Shown in pieces: positions 63,198 to 64,000 of a DNA stretch of 64,000 nt. The stretch is from Camelus ferus (Eukaryota): NCBI RefSeq assembly GCF_009834535.1, contig NC_045696.1, positions 61,258,001 through 61,322,000 on the forward strand. The letters are read 5' to 3'. The notes beneath the pieces are model-generated. The model ran no database searches. It was given only the letters and a program-made list of their open reading frames with translations, and had not been told where the DNA came from. How positions within the stretch are numbered: the stretch's first letter is position 1; each line of letters starts with the position of its first letter. The position numbers were made by a program, and so were the translations under genes.

Positions 63198-63685
63198 GTT
63201 TGAATTTCCCAGGGCTGCCAGAACACATTAGCACAGACTGGGTGGCTTAGACAACATAAATTCATCCTCTCACAGATCTAGAGGCTAGAAGTCTTACATC
63301 GAGGTGTCAGCAGGGCCATGTTCCCTCCAAGGGCTCTAGGGGAAACTACTTCCTTGCCTCTTCCTAGCTTCCGTTGGTTGCTGGCAATCCTAGATGTTCC
63401 TTGGCTCAGAGCTGCATCATTCCATCTCAGCCAACATCGTCACGTGGCCTTCTTCTACATGTGTCTTCTTTGTATCTCTGCATCCAAATCTCCCTCTTCT
63501 TATCAGGGCACCAGTCGTTGGATCTATGGCTCACCCTGACCCAGTTTGAGTTCATCTAACTAGATTACATCTGCAAAGACCCTAGTTCCAAATAGGGTCA
63601 CCTATATAGGCACCAGGCACCTATATAGGCACTATATAGGCACCTTCATGGATCTTTTTAGGAGACACAATGCAACCCACTACAC
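63198..63685 (-). mobile_element. MLT1C-like MaLR LTR
   Basis: gggctgcc...actgggtggcttagacaac...tctcacag.tctagaggctagaagtc...gaggtgtcagcagggcc...acatctgcaaagaccct...gacacaatgcaacccactaca. Confidence 0.82.
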
Positions 63686-64000
63686 AAGCAGTATCGGTTT
63701 TCATCTCCCACGTCCCCTTCATGTCCTCTTGTGTCTGAAGAAGCCATACTTCAATCCAGGTGGCCGTGGGATTCCATGCACCCACCCCCAGAAACCCGCC
63801 AACCTGATCTACTAATACAGTCTAGAGCAGTGGTTGCCTCCAGGTGTACGTGGCTACCCTCTCCCTTTCCACTTTTCTGAGATTCTGATAGAATCTCCCT
63901 GGGGGAGGAGGCCAGAATCTCCTAGGGGAGGAGAGAGGGGATGTAGGGTAGAGGAGGGAGGCCACAGAGCAGCATGGTTTAGAGCTTGGACTTTGGAGTG

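Overview
Mammalian genomic DNA, most likely camelid (inferred from several tRNA-Ala-like SINEs resembling the camelid vic-1 family). Bases ~1-24.5 kb hold an intact minus-strand transferrin receptor 1 gene (TFRC): a promoter with HRE/CRE-like/ETS/GC-box motifs, non-coding exon 1, and 18 coding exons with GT-AG introns (2313 nt, 770 aa). The part of its 3' UTR inside the window carries all five iron-responsive elements and three non-IRE decay hairpins. Relative to the human sequence as I recall it, the protein has notable substitutions at the virus/ferritin-binding apical surface, the stalk shedding site and the C-terminal residue. The upstream ~40 kb is rich in L1, HAL1, L2, L3, MIR, MER and MaLR/ERVL repeats. 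The unique DNA between those repeats contains about 25 minus-strand, often splice-site-bounded, frameshifted segments that translate into three recurring peptide motif classes. I interpret these as a heavily decayed multi-exon pseudogene of a large internally repeated protein (possibly mesothelin/stereocilin-related) ending about 1.6 kb from the TFRC start; this needs database confirmation. All repeat-family names and human residue comparisons are from recall, not from searches.
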